64,000 nt of DNA from the NCBI GenBank assembly GCA_002104905.1, contig MCFE01000214.1, forward strand, positions 1 to 64,000, in the 5' to 3' direction. Shown here one piece after another: positions 1-10,199 of the stretch (position 1 is the first letter of the stretch; the number at the start of each line of letters is the position of its first letter). Below the pieces are notes generated by a model. It searched no databases. It was given only the letters and a program-made list of their open reading frames with translations, and was not told the origin of the DNA. The position numbers and the translations under genes are program-made. The stretch is from Basidiobolus meristosporus CBS 931.73 (Eukaryota > Fungi > Basidiobolomycota).

Positions 1-3000
1 AAGGAAAGTCAGGGCTTTCAGATGGCACCAAGCTCTCTTGATTTGGTTGAGTTTTGACCAAGTTAAGGTTTGTCTCCATTGGGGTAGCTGCCGGTTTACA
101 GTCTTCCATTTTGTACTTCTTTAATATATCTTGAATATACTTGGATTGGCTTAGGGTAATAGTCTGGGTACTTCTGTCTATGGAGAACTTAATCCCTAAG
201 TAGTAACTAAGTTCTCCTAGATTGGACATCTTGAACTCCTTAGATAGGCTGGATTTAGTCTCTTCCAATGTTTCTAGGTTATTGGCGGCTATAATAAGAT
301 CATCCACATATAGAGCTAATAGAACTGGATTTGCTCTATCTGGCTTATAGTATATACTATAGTCAGCATTACTCCTTTTGAAACTCAAAGATTCCAAATA
401 AGAATCTATCTTGCAATTCCAGGCTCTTGGTGATTGTTTGAGACCATATAGTGACTTTTTAAGCTTGCAGACCAAATGGGGGTTATCTTGGTCAACAAAC
501 CCATCAGGCTGGTCCATATACACGTCCTCATCAAGTTCTCCATTCAAAAATGCAGTTTTTACATCCATTTGATGAATAAAAAACTTATATTTGGCTGCAA
601 TAGCCAATATTAATCTGATGGAATTAAACTTGGCTACCGGTGCAAAGGTCTCAGTATAGTCAAGTCCTTTTGTTTGAGAGTATCCTTTGGCTACAAGTCT
701 TGCTTTGTATCTTTCAATTGTACCATCAGCCTTGTATTTTGTCTTGAAGACCCATCTGCATCCAATTGATTTTTGGTTGATTGGTAATTTGACTAAGTCC
801 CAAGTTTGATTTTCCATCAGTGCCTGATATTCCTCAGTCATTGCAGATCTCCAAAACTTTGTCTGAGGGCTATTTAGGGCCTCTTTTACAGTCTGGGGCT
901 CATCAATATGGACTGAATAGGCATAGGCTAAGTTTGTACCCTCATTGATATAGTAATTTGGGCTATTTCTTGTCCGATTGGATCTCCGGGCATTTGATAC
1001 TGGAATGATCACTTCTGGGATATTCCTGGGCACTGATTCTGGCTGAACCACGGTTGTAGAGTCCTCTGGAGTGAAAAAATTTTCATTGTTTTGCTCTGAT
1101 TCAATCCTGACAATTGGTGGACTTGAGATCAAATTTTCGTCATCATCTGATGTCATTTTTTGTGAAAATTTTGAATTTTCATCAAACAACACATCCCTGG
1201 ACTTGATAAGCTTCTTTGCTTCGGTATTGTAGAGTCTGTATGCCTTACTCTCATTGCAGTAGCCCAAAAATATGCATTTTACACTTTTTGGCTCAAATTT
1301 TGACTGATTTCCGGCCAGTTTTTTGGCATATGCTGTGCACCCAAATATTCTTAGATGTTCTGCACTTGGTCTGTATCCATACCATGCTTCAAATGGAGTA
1401 GAATCACGAAGTATTCTGTTATAACTCCTATTTTTAAGGTATACAGCAGTGGCAACTGATTCCGCCCAAAAATCATAGGATAATTTTTGATCATGGATCA
1501 TAGATCTTGCCATATCAATTATTGATCTGTTAGCTTGTTCTGCTACTCCATTTTGCTGTGGGGAGTATGGTACAGTAGTCTCTTGCTTTATCCCATGAAT
1601 TTTGCAGAAGTGGATGAAGAGTTTTGAGGTATATTCTCCACCATTGTCAGAGCGTATTTTCTTGATTTTTTCACCAGTTTCTCTCTCCACCATGGCTTTA
1701 AACTCCCTGAGCTTAGACAGAGCTTCTTCCTTTCTCTCCATGAAGTAGACCCATGTGTATCTTGTATAATCATCAATAAAAGTGATTAAATACTTCATCC
1801 CGCCTAAGGATAAATTTTGCATAGGTCCACACAGATCTGAGTGAATTAGATCTAATTTTTTCTTAGTTTTGATTAACCCAGAGCTCTTGAACAGTTGTCT
1901 GGCTTGTTTCCCATATATGCAGGCTTCACAGTGCTCCAAATTAGCTGGGGGATCAATTTTCACTCCAGAAATTAGCTGATCTTTGATCATTTTGCGCAAA
2001 TAATCAAAATTGATGTGTCCAAATCTCCTGTGCCAAAGCATTGGTGTTTCTTCATTTAAGTTACTTATATTGGCTTCCAAATATGATGGAATATAAGTCA
2101 ACTTGTATAGATTCTGATCTCTGATGCCCAAAGCAATATGGGCACCATTTTGATCAGTGATCCTGCATCCAGAATTGTCAAAACTGAAACTGAGTCCTTC
2201 TGCTGTGGCCTTGCTTACAGAGAGTAGGTTCTTGGCTATTTCTGGTACATAGAGTACTTCTTTAAAGGTCAGTGTATGGCTTCCTTCACTGCTTCTAAGG
2301 TTTACTTGGATAGTTCCTTCTCCCACTGCATCAAGTGTTCTATTGTCACCCATGAAAACCTTCTTAATTGGAATTTCTTGATATTGGGTAAAAAGTACTT
2401 TTTGGTGTGTAAAGTGTTGGGAAGCTCCAGAGTCAATATACCATGTCTGAGAATCCTTGTTTGTGGTCATATTTAGTGCAGATATGAATAGTCTATCTTC
2501 AGTTGTTGCAGCATTTCCATATTCAGGCTTCTTTTGCTGATAATCTCTCTTTTTGAAACACCGGTCTGATGTGTGTCCTTTCCTTTTGCAGTAGTTGCAA
2601 AATAGGTTGTTGTTGCCTTTGTAGGGTCTTGGGTACCTCCTTTGTTGGTTATCATTGCTTATTAAAGCATTTTCTTCTTCCTTCTTATTGGCGCTTGATT
2701 TTCTTAATTCTTCATCCAGGAGCCTTCCATATACGTAATTTAAGGTCAAATCTTCAGTTCTGGACTCTAGGGCTGATACAAGGCCCTGAAACTCGTCTGT
2801 CAGGCTATTCAGGATGGTAACTATCACATCCTCATCAGTAGTTGGTACGCCCACAGATTCCATCTCATCTACCAGCAGGGTAATTCTGTTAATTAGATTT
2901 TTCATTTCTTCTCCTGGCAGCATCTTTGTAGTGAAGAATTTTCTTCTCAGATACATTTTCTTGGCAGCTGAACATGACTGGTAGGTGTCTTCTAATGCCT

Positions 3001-3274
3001 TCCAGGCATTCTTTGCCATTTTTGCTCTTGAGCATTGAATTAGCAATTTGTCCTTGACATTAAGGCAAATGCAGTTAAAGGCACTTTGTTCTTTCTTCTG
3101 GTACTTTAAGGCTTCCTCTCCCACGTTTTTAGGAGGGCATTCTTCTCCCATGACAATATCCCAAAGGCCTCTTTCTTGTAGCAGCATCTTCATCTTCACC
3201 TTCCACACTTGGTAGTTAGATCCATCCAACTTTTCAGCAGAGGGAAAAATTCCAGTAATAGCAGTAGTAGACAT
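1..3274 (-). CDS. Copia gag-pol polyprotein, single open frame (~1091 codons in window, runs off the left edge)
   Basis: Manual translation found no stop or frameshift. Motifs: gag LDGSNYQVWKVKMKMLLQERGLW; CCHC knuckle CNYCKRKGHTSDRC (2558-2599); protease WYIDSGASQH (D at 2432-2434); LWHRRFGH; integrase HSDLCGP, FIDDYTR, RSDNGGEY, PQQNGVAE; RT KARLVAKGYSQ, QMDVKTAFLNG, SLYGLKQSPR, YVDD (299-310). Probably absent from the ORF track because it has no stop in the window. Confidence 0.96.
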   Translation of the reverse strand, partial: MSTTAITGIFPSAEKLDGSNYQVWKVKMKMLLQERGLWDIVMGEECPPKNVGEEALKYQKKEQSAFNCICLNVKDKLLIQCSRAKMAKNAWKALEDTYQSCSAAKKMYLRRKFFTTKMLPGEEMKNLINRITLLVDEMESVGVPTTDEDVIVTILNSLTDEFQGLVSALESRTEDLTLNYVYGRLLDEELRKSSANKKEEENALISNDNQQRRYPRPYKGNNNLFCNYCKRKGHTSDRCFKKRDYQQKKPEYGNAATTEDRLFISALNMTTNKDSQTWYIDSGASQHFTHQKVLFTQYQEIPIKKVFMGDNRTLDAVGEGTIQVNLRSSEGSHTLTFKEVLYVPEIAKNLLSVSKATAEGLSFSFDNSGCRITDQNGAHIALGIRDQNLYKLTYIPSYLEANISNLNEETPMLWHRRFGHINFDYLRKMIKDQLISGVKIDPPANLEHCEACIYGKQARQLFKSSGLIKTKKKLDLIHSDLCGPMQNLSLGGMKYLITFIDDYTRYTWVYFMERKEEALSKLREFKAMVERETGEKIKKIRSDNGGEYTSKLFIHFCKIHGIKQETTVPYSPQQNGVAEQANRSIIDMARSMIHDQKLSYDFWAESVATAVYLKNRSYNRILRDSTPFEAWYGYRPSAEHLRIFGCTAYAKKLAGNQSKFEPKSVKCIFLGYCNESKAYRLYNTEAKKLIKSRDVLFDENSKFSQKMTSDDDENLISSPPIVRIESEQNNENFFTPEDSTTVVQPESVPRNIPEVIIPVSNARRSNRTRNSPNYYINEGTNLAYAYSVHIDEPQTVKEALNSPQTKFWRSAMTEEYQALMENQTWDLVKLPINQKSIGCRWVFKTKYKADGTIERYKARLVAKGYSQTKGLDYTETFAPVAKFNSIRLILAIAAKYKFFIHQMDVKTAFLNGELDEDVYMDQPDGFVDQDNPHLVCKLKKSLYGLKQSPRAWNCKIDSYLESLSFKRSNADYSIYYKPDRANPVLLALYVDDLIIAANNLETLEETKSSLSKEFKMSNLGELSYYLGIKFSIDRSTQTITLSQSKYIQDILKKYKMEDCKPAATPMETNLNLVKTQPNQESLVPSESPDFP

Positions 3275-3293
3275 TGCAGAGAGTGACAGCTTG

Positions 3294-3305
3294 GGGCTCA
3301 TAACC
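3294..3305 (-). promoter_or_regulatory. Primer binding site complementary to the anticodon arm of initiator tRNA-Met (half-tRNA priming)
   Basis: Minus strand reads GGTTATGAGCCC directly after the LTR-terminal CA; the plus strand GGGCTCATAACC equals the iMet-tRNA anticodon-arm sequence, as in the Ty5/copia (Hemivirus) type. Confidence 0.9.
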
Positions 3306-3638
3306 TGTTGTAAGAGTCTTGGAGATATTGGAAGTGATTTGGAGAACAAGTAGATTATGTGGTTTTCACTTAATGATTTATTGAATGTAAAAGTAGTATT
3401 TATACTTTTACATGGTCTTGGCATTACAAACACGTAGAATAGGTTAAGGAAGGTCCCAAGAACATGTGTGCAAAGTTTGGGGCTGTTTGGACAACTTTGA
3501 GAATTTTCATGTTCTGGGTAAATATTCTAAGTAAATCCCGACAAGGAATTTGGTCAGTATTCTCTAGGATTTGAAGGTGATGATCTAAGTGACTAAGTTA
3601 GGTGAATATTTAGGTGGAAAATACAAATTTTTACAACA
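3306..3638 (-). repeat. 5' LTR of the Copia element (333 bp)
   Basis: Terminal inverted repeat TGTTGTAA/TTACAACA; adjacent to the PBS; homologous to 3793-4140. Confidence 0.92.
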
Positions 3639-3792
3639 ATTCAAAGTACATTGTATAAACATAAATAAATATCCTTGCCTGTATATGACAATAGAAGTAC
3701 AAGGATAGTATCTGCTGGGTGTGTAACTACACAGGTGGCCATATTTAGTTGTTTCTGCAAGCAGCATATTGTAAGTATTTGCAGCTATATAT

Positions 3793-4140
3793 TGTTGTAA
3801 GAGTTTTGGAGATATTGAAAGTGATTGGGAAAACAAGTAGTGTATGTGGTTTTCACTTAATAATTTATTAAACGTGAAAGCAGCATTTATACTTTTACAT
3901 AGTCTTGGCAAAACAGACACATAGAATATGTTTTGGAAGGTCCCAAGAACATGTGTGCAAAGTCTGGGGCTGTTTGAACAACTTATCAAAATCTCATGTT
4001 CTGGGTACCTGATATTTTGGTGAGAATATTCCAGGTAAATCCCAACGAGGAATTTGGACAGAATTCTCTAAGATTTGTAGGCAATGATATGAGTGACCAA
4101 GTTGGGTGAAAATTTAGGTGTGATTACAAAATTTACAACA
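3793..4140 (-). repeat. Diverged solo LTR of the same family (348 bp)
   Basis: Colinear with 3306-3638 (shared ggaaggtcccaagaacatgtgtgcaaagt etc.; roughly 80-90% identity by eye); same TGTTGTAA...TTACAACA ends; flanks TATAT/GCATG are not a TSD. Confidence 0.88.
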
Positions 4141-5061
4141 GCATGTATAAGATCATTGGGCTTGTTCCATCATTCAAGATATTGCCAGATTGTGTCAGAG
4201 TGACAGATTAGGAACAAAATTCCCCTGCACATAACCCTATATTGTCAAATCAAGAATTAATCGTACAGCACTATCTAGCACAATGCCCAAGTCAGAAATC
4301 GATATATTTCATACAAGTGAATCCAGGTTGGCAAGCATTAGGTGACAATAATCAAGATAGAGTATCATATATATCTGAGCAGCTTGTTGCTAAGCCAAGT
4401 ACAGTCAATACAAGGCTGAATGTAGAGGGGCTTTACCTATCTTTGGCTGCTAGCTCAGGGCGCATGATATGATGAATCGAACAGAGAATCCGGAAGTGAT
4501 TTGAAGTATTAGAAAGCATTGATCTATACTTTTGAGTGAGCAATGTAAATGTATTATAATAATATCACAAAAAAGAAATCCGGTGGTCTTTTGACATGAT
4601 GGATTTCACCTGAATAGCTCTATAGTTACCCGCCAAGTCATGCACGGCCCTAGATGATGCTGATGTTGCCAGGGTTCAACTCACATAGCATCCTCGATGT
4701 GATCATAAGGCACCCAATCCCAGTGTTTAGTACAACGCATATACAGCAGTATTTCAACAAGAGAAATCTGTTCAAGTGGGCCCAACCCCAACTTTGTACC
4801 TGCCGCCTGCTGCCTGCTCTGACCTCAGCGCTTTACCCCTAACCCTACGCTTCATAAAGAATATCCGAGTATTGTGGAGGAAGAAATTTTTCTAATCCAG
4901 TTAATGCTCCACCCAAACCCTACCCTTTCCTGCGATGGCTACCCCTAACTAGCAACAGTAAAAATAGCAGTTATCAGTTGACTTAATTTTCCCTTTTTTG
5001 TTGGCGAAGAGTAACTGTTGTGTAGCATATTTTCATTGCACGAGCACTCATTGACTCGGAA

Positions 5062-5899
5062 ATGACCGATGAAGGCGGAGAGATAGAGGTGCCCAGATCC
5101 GAATCCTCTGTTGAGGAGGACACTTTAGAGAATAACAACTGGACTGAACCTACAGATGTTGAGCATCAACAATACACCAATTTACCAGTCAATTGGTCCC
5201 CTCAGATGGAGATTGCGCTATTTCAAGCTATGGGGAAAAACAAACCTGTTGGTAAGGATTCTCCACCACAAATAAAGGAACTCTCAACTTCTTACCAAAC
5301 AATTTAACGCTATTAGGTATTCATAAACATTTTCGCATGGCAAATATAGTTCGTTTATATAATTCCAACAGCCCAGTCAAATGCACTTCTCAAGATATTT
5401 GGGATTATCTTGAGAAATTATTTCATCTTCCCTCACTAGATGAAACGGTGAGTGCAAGGTACTTCTTGAAGACAAAAGTTGGCATATCACTTAATGTACA
5501 TTCAATTTACAGGAGGATCATAGTGAATCGGAATGGGGGCTACCTTTAAAGCATCCTTTTCGCACAAGCGATTTCTTTCTCCCTGCATATGATTTCGAAG
5601 AAATCCTGAAAGATGGTCATCCACTTGGACAGCACTACCGCGATCTTAGAGAATGCTCACCAACCTTGTCTGTACCTACTTCTGGCCCATCAACACCAGA
5701 ACCAGAAGGTTAGCTTTTTATTTTGCTTGACATAGGTATTGTCGGTATTGACTCTGGTGAAGCACCCGCAATAGTTACTGTAAAAAAGCCCACGCGCACT
5801 AAACGTAACGTGGAGAGTGAGCCAAAAAGTGCGTTGAGCAAACGAGGTAGAGGTCGGAATACCATCGGTGGGGTCAAAAGGAAAGGGCACAAGCGGTAG
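5062..5899 (+). CDS. EAF7: Eaf7/MRGBP (NuA4 subunit), 4 exons
   Basis: Spliced WSPQMEIALFQAMGKNKPVG|IHKHFRMANI across intron 5252-5316; second intron 5448-5512; FxLP motif (SDFFLP); basic C-terminal tail after a third intron starting at 5709. Confidence 0.85.
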
Positions 5900-6871
5900 C
5901 CCTACCCAAGAAACCAAGTAATCAGAAGATGAGCATACTACCAATGTCTACGCTACATGGGGAGGACTGCATATCATTGAACATGTGTATTGTATTGTCA
6001 GTTCAGCATGCAAGCAAACATCCATCCATCCAAGCCAACCATGACTTTACCTAATCACTTGGCTCGCCAATCTATATATGGACCGTGTTGTATACATTTC
6101 CCCGTCCGTCAGCATTAGCTAGGCTATCAGGCCACAAGATGGGCGCACATTCAGCTCATATAACTGAATAAAACTACCCAGCGAGCACGTGTAATGGTGT
6201 CGTGCAGTATATATCCCATCTCATGATAGCTAGGCTGAAATGAGCCCATGCCACAACCACTAATAGCGATGCTGCAACCCAGATGCAAACCCAGGCCGTA
6301 TCTAGATAAGAGCCATCCCAGTTGATACATCTGGAGGCGTGCGTTGGAGGCGAAATAATAGTATTGTGAATAAACTTTGCCATTTTCGTGCCAATCCCTA
6401 CTAATTTCGCCAAACTCGCCCAATTCTCAGCAAACCCCAACCCTTCATTCCAATCTGCGCATATTTATGGCACCCAATATCGCGCCTATGACATAGCAAT
6501 TCTACCCCATTTAAGCTCAACAGACCTCACTATGGATCATTTTGACTGGCGTATCCTCCTTAATCCCGCAAATTGATCTCACTCCAACTTAAGCTTGTCT
6601 GTCAAAAGCTTTTCTCTAATAACCACACCCAGTTTTGTTGTTATTACTGCTGTCATAATATCCAGTTGGTCTTTTCGTATAAAATTTCCCATCTAATTCC
6701 GTCCAAGGTACCTTCCGTATTCGGCTTTCTGAGTACTGTGTATTAAGTTCGTTCTAATCCCCTTTTGCTTCATTGTTGATGCCCTCTCTTTATTCTTTCC
6801 TTGTTGTATCATAAAGGATTCGCGAGAAAGCAACGTGTACTCCGTCATTGACAGTAGTCCAGTAAACAGTA

Positions 6872-8890
6872 ATGAACTTAGAAGGTTCTCAAGTCTTGAA
6901 AGTCGTCAAATATCACCTTGGAACCTATACGTACCGAAGTCAAAGGTTTCCTCTATGCCTTTTCCATTTCACGTCACTCTCCAACTTAAACGGGAGAGTT
7001 TACACATTTCACTTTAAACTTCGTGATCTGGATCAAATATTCTGCGAAACCACTACCGGATACATTTATAATACTAAAGTCTTAGACCTTTGTAAAAACG
7101 ATAAATCCCATAGAGTTCTCACCGAGGGCAATGGAGAGATTTATGTTGCTTCGTATATCGTAGAAGAAATAGCACGCCAAATAGGAGAGAACATACTAGT
7201 GGAGCTATGTCGGTTAGATGATGCAGCCCTCAGATCTGGTAGAGCCAAGAATATATTAGGATTTCTACGCAATGCCGAGCTTGATGAACTGGTGAAAGTT
7301 GAAGAATGCGAGATCCATGTATCGGCTGGTCTGAGCAGCAGGGAGATGGAGGCGCCGGTCAAAACGGAAGAGTTGATCGATTCCAGTGGATTCCACATAC
7401 CACGATTGTCGAAATCGCCCAAATTAGACAAAACAATCCGCAGGGTGAGGTCTTTGAATGCAATGGCTATCGAGGAAGGACGCTCCATCATTTATGAGCG
7501 ACTTAGCGCCGGCGGCGTGCCATCGCGTAAAATGGGGGCTATTGCGGAGAACTATACGTCACATTTGATCAATCATAGATTTCCTCGTGATTCCGACCAT
7601 TCATCTTCGCACTCTCCTCCAGCCACTCCAGCGCATATACTAGAGAGCAACCTACGAGAGCGTAAGCGCAAACGCCCCGTAACTCCGTTGAGCGCCGTCA
7701 CTGCCTCTGCCATAGCTGCGCCCACGGTTACAGTGACAACCGAAGGTTACGGGAGACCAACCCATGTTGTGGAGGATGTGACGGAGCATATCCGCTCACT
7801 TCATCAGCAGCAAAAGCACAAGGCAGTAGCTGACGGGCATTCCTACATCCACCCCTCCCGGCCGAATGGAGCTCTCTCCAAGCCCCCAGGCCCGATCCGT
7901 GGCAAAAACACACGTAACTTGACCATCTCCACACCTTCTTATGGAGAAGCCGCTGGAGCACCCAAATCCGCACCAATCCACCCTACATACCAACACCTGG
8001 GTAACTCTGGGCTCCGGATATATTCTGCACAAGGCGGGCAAATCTACCCTGGAAATACCAACCAGAGCCTAATTCCACCGAACACTGCCATTCCTCATGA
8101 GCCATCCCAGTATTCTCATGGCGTTTCTTCCTATCATCCGTCCAGCTACATCGGCGCTACGCCCACAGTTAAATCTAACGCTCCGCCTCAAGATCCATCG
8201 GTCATTATACCTCAACCATCAGTGCCACCACGGCCAGTAACTGCACACCCTTACAGCTCACAAGCCAATTACTACACGAACAAGGCACTTCCCCAACGGA
8301 ATTCCCCTTCAAACTTCCTGCCTCACACGACCGCATCCAACGGCCATGCAGGGTCCAAGCAGCAATTCATGATGCTTTTCGAGTCGTTATACGATAACGT
8401 CGACTCGGCAAGAGGGCTCAAGGCCCAGTTAGAGGATCAGATACGCAAATCTACGACGCTCTTGCAAACTCTACAAGCCTCCGGCCCTATGATCGAGGGA
8501 CTCGTGCGAAGCCACTTCCGGGACATGCAGGGGCAATTCATCGAGAAGTATGACTCTTCTATTGAAGATATAGTGCGGCGGCTGGATCGAATTGAGGAAC
8601 GCCAGCTTCATATAGACCAACAACGTAGTAAAAACGTAAATCGTGCAGAGAACACAGAAGATCCTCGATCCAAGTCACAGCAGCCTGATGTAGAAACAGA
8701 GGTCCCTACTGAGCTGCCATCACCTCCACCTATCTTAAGCCATCCACGGCTTGACAAGGAAGGACACCTTACTAAGGTGGTAAAGAGTCAAGGCTTGAGC
8801 TCTGACATGAAGACAAGGGATTACGAGGAAATGATCAAAGGGCTGGTGGATCGATTAGAGACTCTCGAGCGAAAGATAGACCGGCAATAG
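6872..8890 (+). CDS. Uncharacterised 672-aa protein: globular N-terminus, Pro/Ser/His-rich middle, C-terminal coiled coil
   Basis: Long uninterrupted ORF; amphipathic helix KQQFMMLFESLYDNVDSARGLKAQLEDQIRKSTTLLQTLQ; function not recognised. Confidence 0.85.
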   Translation: MNLEGSQVLKVVKYHLGTYTYRSQRFPLCLFHFTSLSNLNGRVYTFHFKLRDLDQIFCETTTGYIYNTKVLDLCKNDKSHRVLTEGNGEIYVASYIVEEIARQIGENILVELCRLDDAALRSGRAKNILGFLRNAELDELVKVEECEIHVSAGLSSREMEAPVKTEELIDSSGFHIPRLSKSPKLDKTIRRVRSLNAMAIEEGRSIIYERLSAGGVPSRKMGAIAENYTSHLINHRFPRDSDHSSSHSPPATPAHILESNLRERKRKRPVTPLSAVTASAIAAPTVTVTTEGYGRPTHVVEDVTEHIRSLHQQQKHKAVADGHSYIHPSRPNGALSKPPGPIRGKNTRNLTISTPSYGEAAGAPKSAPIHPTYQHLGNSGLRIYSAQGGQIYPGNTNQSLIPPNTAIPHEPSQYSHGVSSYHPSSYIGATPTVKSNAPPQDPSVIIPQPSVPPRPVTAHPYSSQANYYTNKALPQRNSPSNFLPHTTASNGHAGSKQQFMMLFESLYDNVDSARGLKAQLEDQIRKSTTLLQTLQASGPMIEGLVRSHFRDMQGQFIEKYDSSIEDIVRRLDRIEERQLHIDQQRSKNVNRAENTEDPRSKSQQPDVETEVPTELPSPPPILSHPRLDKEGHLTKVVKSQGLSSDMKTRDYEEMIKGLVDRLETLERKIDRQ

Positions 8891-9428
8891 ATTGGCTATG
8901 GCTGCCCTTTTCCAAACCATCATCATACTTCGGCGATGGTTCCTATTCCATTCGATATTTCTACAATGTAAAGACCAGCTTCTGTTTGGATTCAATATTC
9001 ACCTAATGACCCTACTAAAGACCTTGATTCACTTCCTGAAGCTGTGATGTGTAATGGGTTTGAATGATAAAGTTAATGACAAATATATTAATGATGAACC
9101 AAGGCCAACCATAGTTGACTATACTTAGATTCGTATGTAAATGAACAGTATGCTCTGCAAAGCATCAGATCTTTGGGTTTCTTGGGCCCCTGACTGGTTG
9201 ATTCAAAAGGCAACAATGAACGGTACCTCAGGGATGGCAGGCTGCAACACCAGGCTTTACAATTAATTGGTAAGAACAACGTCATAGGCGACATGGATTC
9301 GCGTAAATTATATAATCTGATTGGAATACTATTTTCATTGTAGTCGAGGGCAGAATGCATCAGGCGAAGAGATAAAAGCAGCCAAGAGAATCGGCATATC
9401 TCTCAATTCAATCAGTCTGTATCTCAAG

Positions 9429-9884
9429 ATGCGTTGCTCCAGTATCGCTCTCCTTCTGTTAGTGTCTGTTGGCTACACTGCTATTGCTCAGAGTATATCC
9501 ACGACTCCCTCCAGCGTTTCCTCCCCGACAATCTCAGCTTCAAGTCCTGGCACTAGCACACCGCAGGCTTCCCCCTTGACATCGGCAGTATTGAGCTCTG
9601 CGTCATCTGTGCCATCGGCGCCACCGACGACTTCCAATCCAAGTCCTTCCTCCACCGCATCGAGCATTGGATCTGTCACCCCTCCACCAGTACCGTCGGG
9701 GAGTAGCAGCGGCACGCTATCCGTCCCGCCAGGTAGTACTATATCAGGAATTGTCGGTCAAAGTACCCCAGTAAGAAGCAGCACACCTTCTCCCCACAAC
9801 ATAGGCAATGCTGTCACCCGACCTGAGCTTAGCTTAGCATTACTTTTCCTCAGTGGTGTCCTTGGCATGCTTCAACAGCTATAG
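9429..9884 (+). CDS. Small secreted Ser/Thr/Pro-rich protein, probable GPI anchor (151 aa)
   Basis: Signal peptide MRCSSIALLLLVSVGYTAIA; S/T/P-rich body; C-terminal hydrophobic tail LSLALLFLSGVLGML after a plausible omega region (GNA). Confidence 0.8.
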   Translation: MRCSSIALLLLVSVGYTAIAQSISTTPSSVSSPTISASSPGTSTPQASPLTSAVLSSASSVPSAPPTTSNPSPSSTASSIGSVTPPPVPSGSSSGTLSVPPGSTISGIVGQSTPVRSSTPSPHNIGNAVTRPELSLALLFLSGVLGMLQQL

Positions 9885-10199
9885 ATGTACTCCTTTATCT
9901 GTAAGATGCAAATGTAACCAAATACAATACTATCCACTGGCCAGTTGTCAATCAATTGTGATCGAGGGATTTCGGTCCGAAGAATGTAGGCATATCGCAC
10001 ACAATTTGAGCCCAGATATTTCTTGGGGTCTATAACCCAAAGTAGCCGTCTGATCTGCCTCTCACATCGGGATTACTTTTCAACGACTCAATTTCACATG
10101 CTATCACAATCCATACATGGCTACGTTCGACTATTTTAAGGCATTGTGAATTTTTGTGGACTCATCCGACTCTCTTGGTATTATTGTTGGCCTTGAAGA

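Larger units (their letters stand above)
1..3638 (-). mobile_element. Ty1/Copia LTR retrotransposon (5' LTR, PBS, gag-pol), 3' part outside window
   Basis: Domain order gag-PR-IN-RT on the minus strand is the Copia order; LTR bounded by TGTTGTAA...TTACAACA with a PBS immediately inside. Confidence 0.97.

Noticed and set aside
4158-4220. GGGCTTGTTCC resembling the PIF-like terminus at 63439
   Set aside because: Too short, with no matching partner end or TSD.
4836-4848. CCCTAACCCT telomere-like words (also near 34085)
   Set aside because: Fewer than two full units; expected by chance.
5709-5735. Apparent 27-nt ultra-short intron in EAF7
   Set aside because: An alternative in-frame acceptor at 5762 gives an ordinary 54-nt intron with a TTGAC branch-like site, so no unusual splicing is needed.
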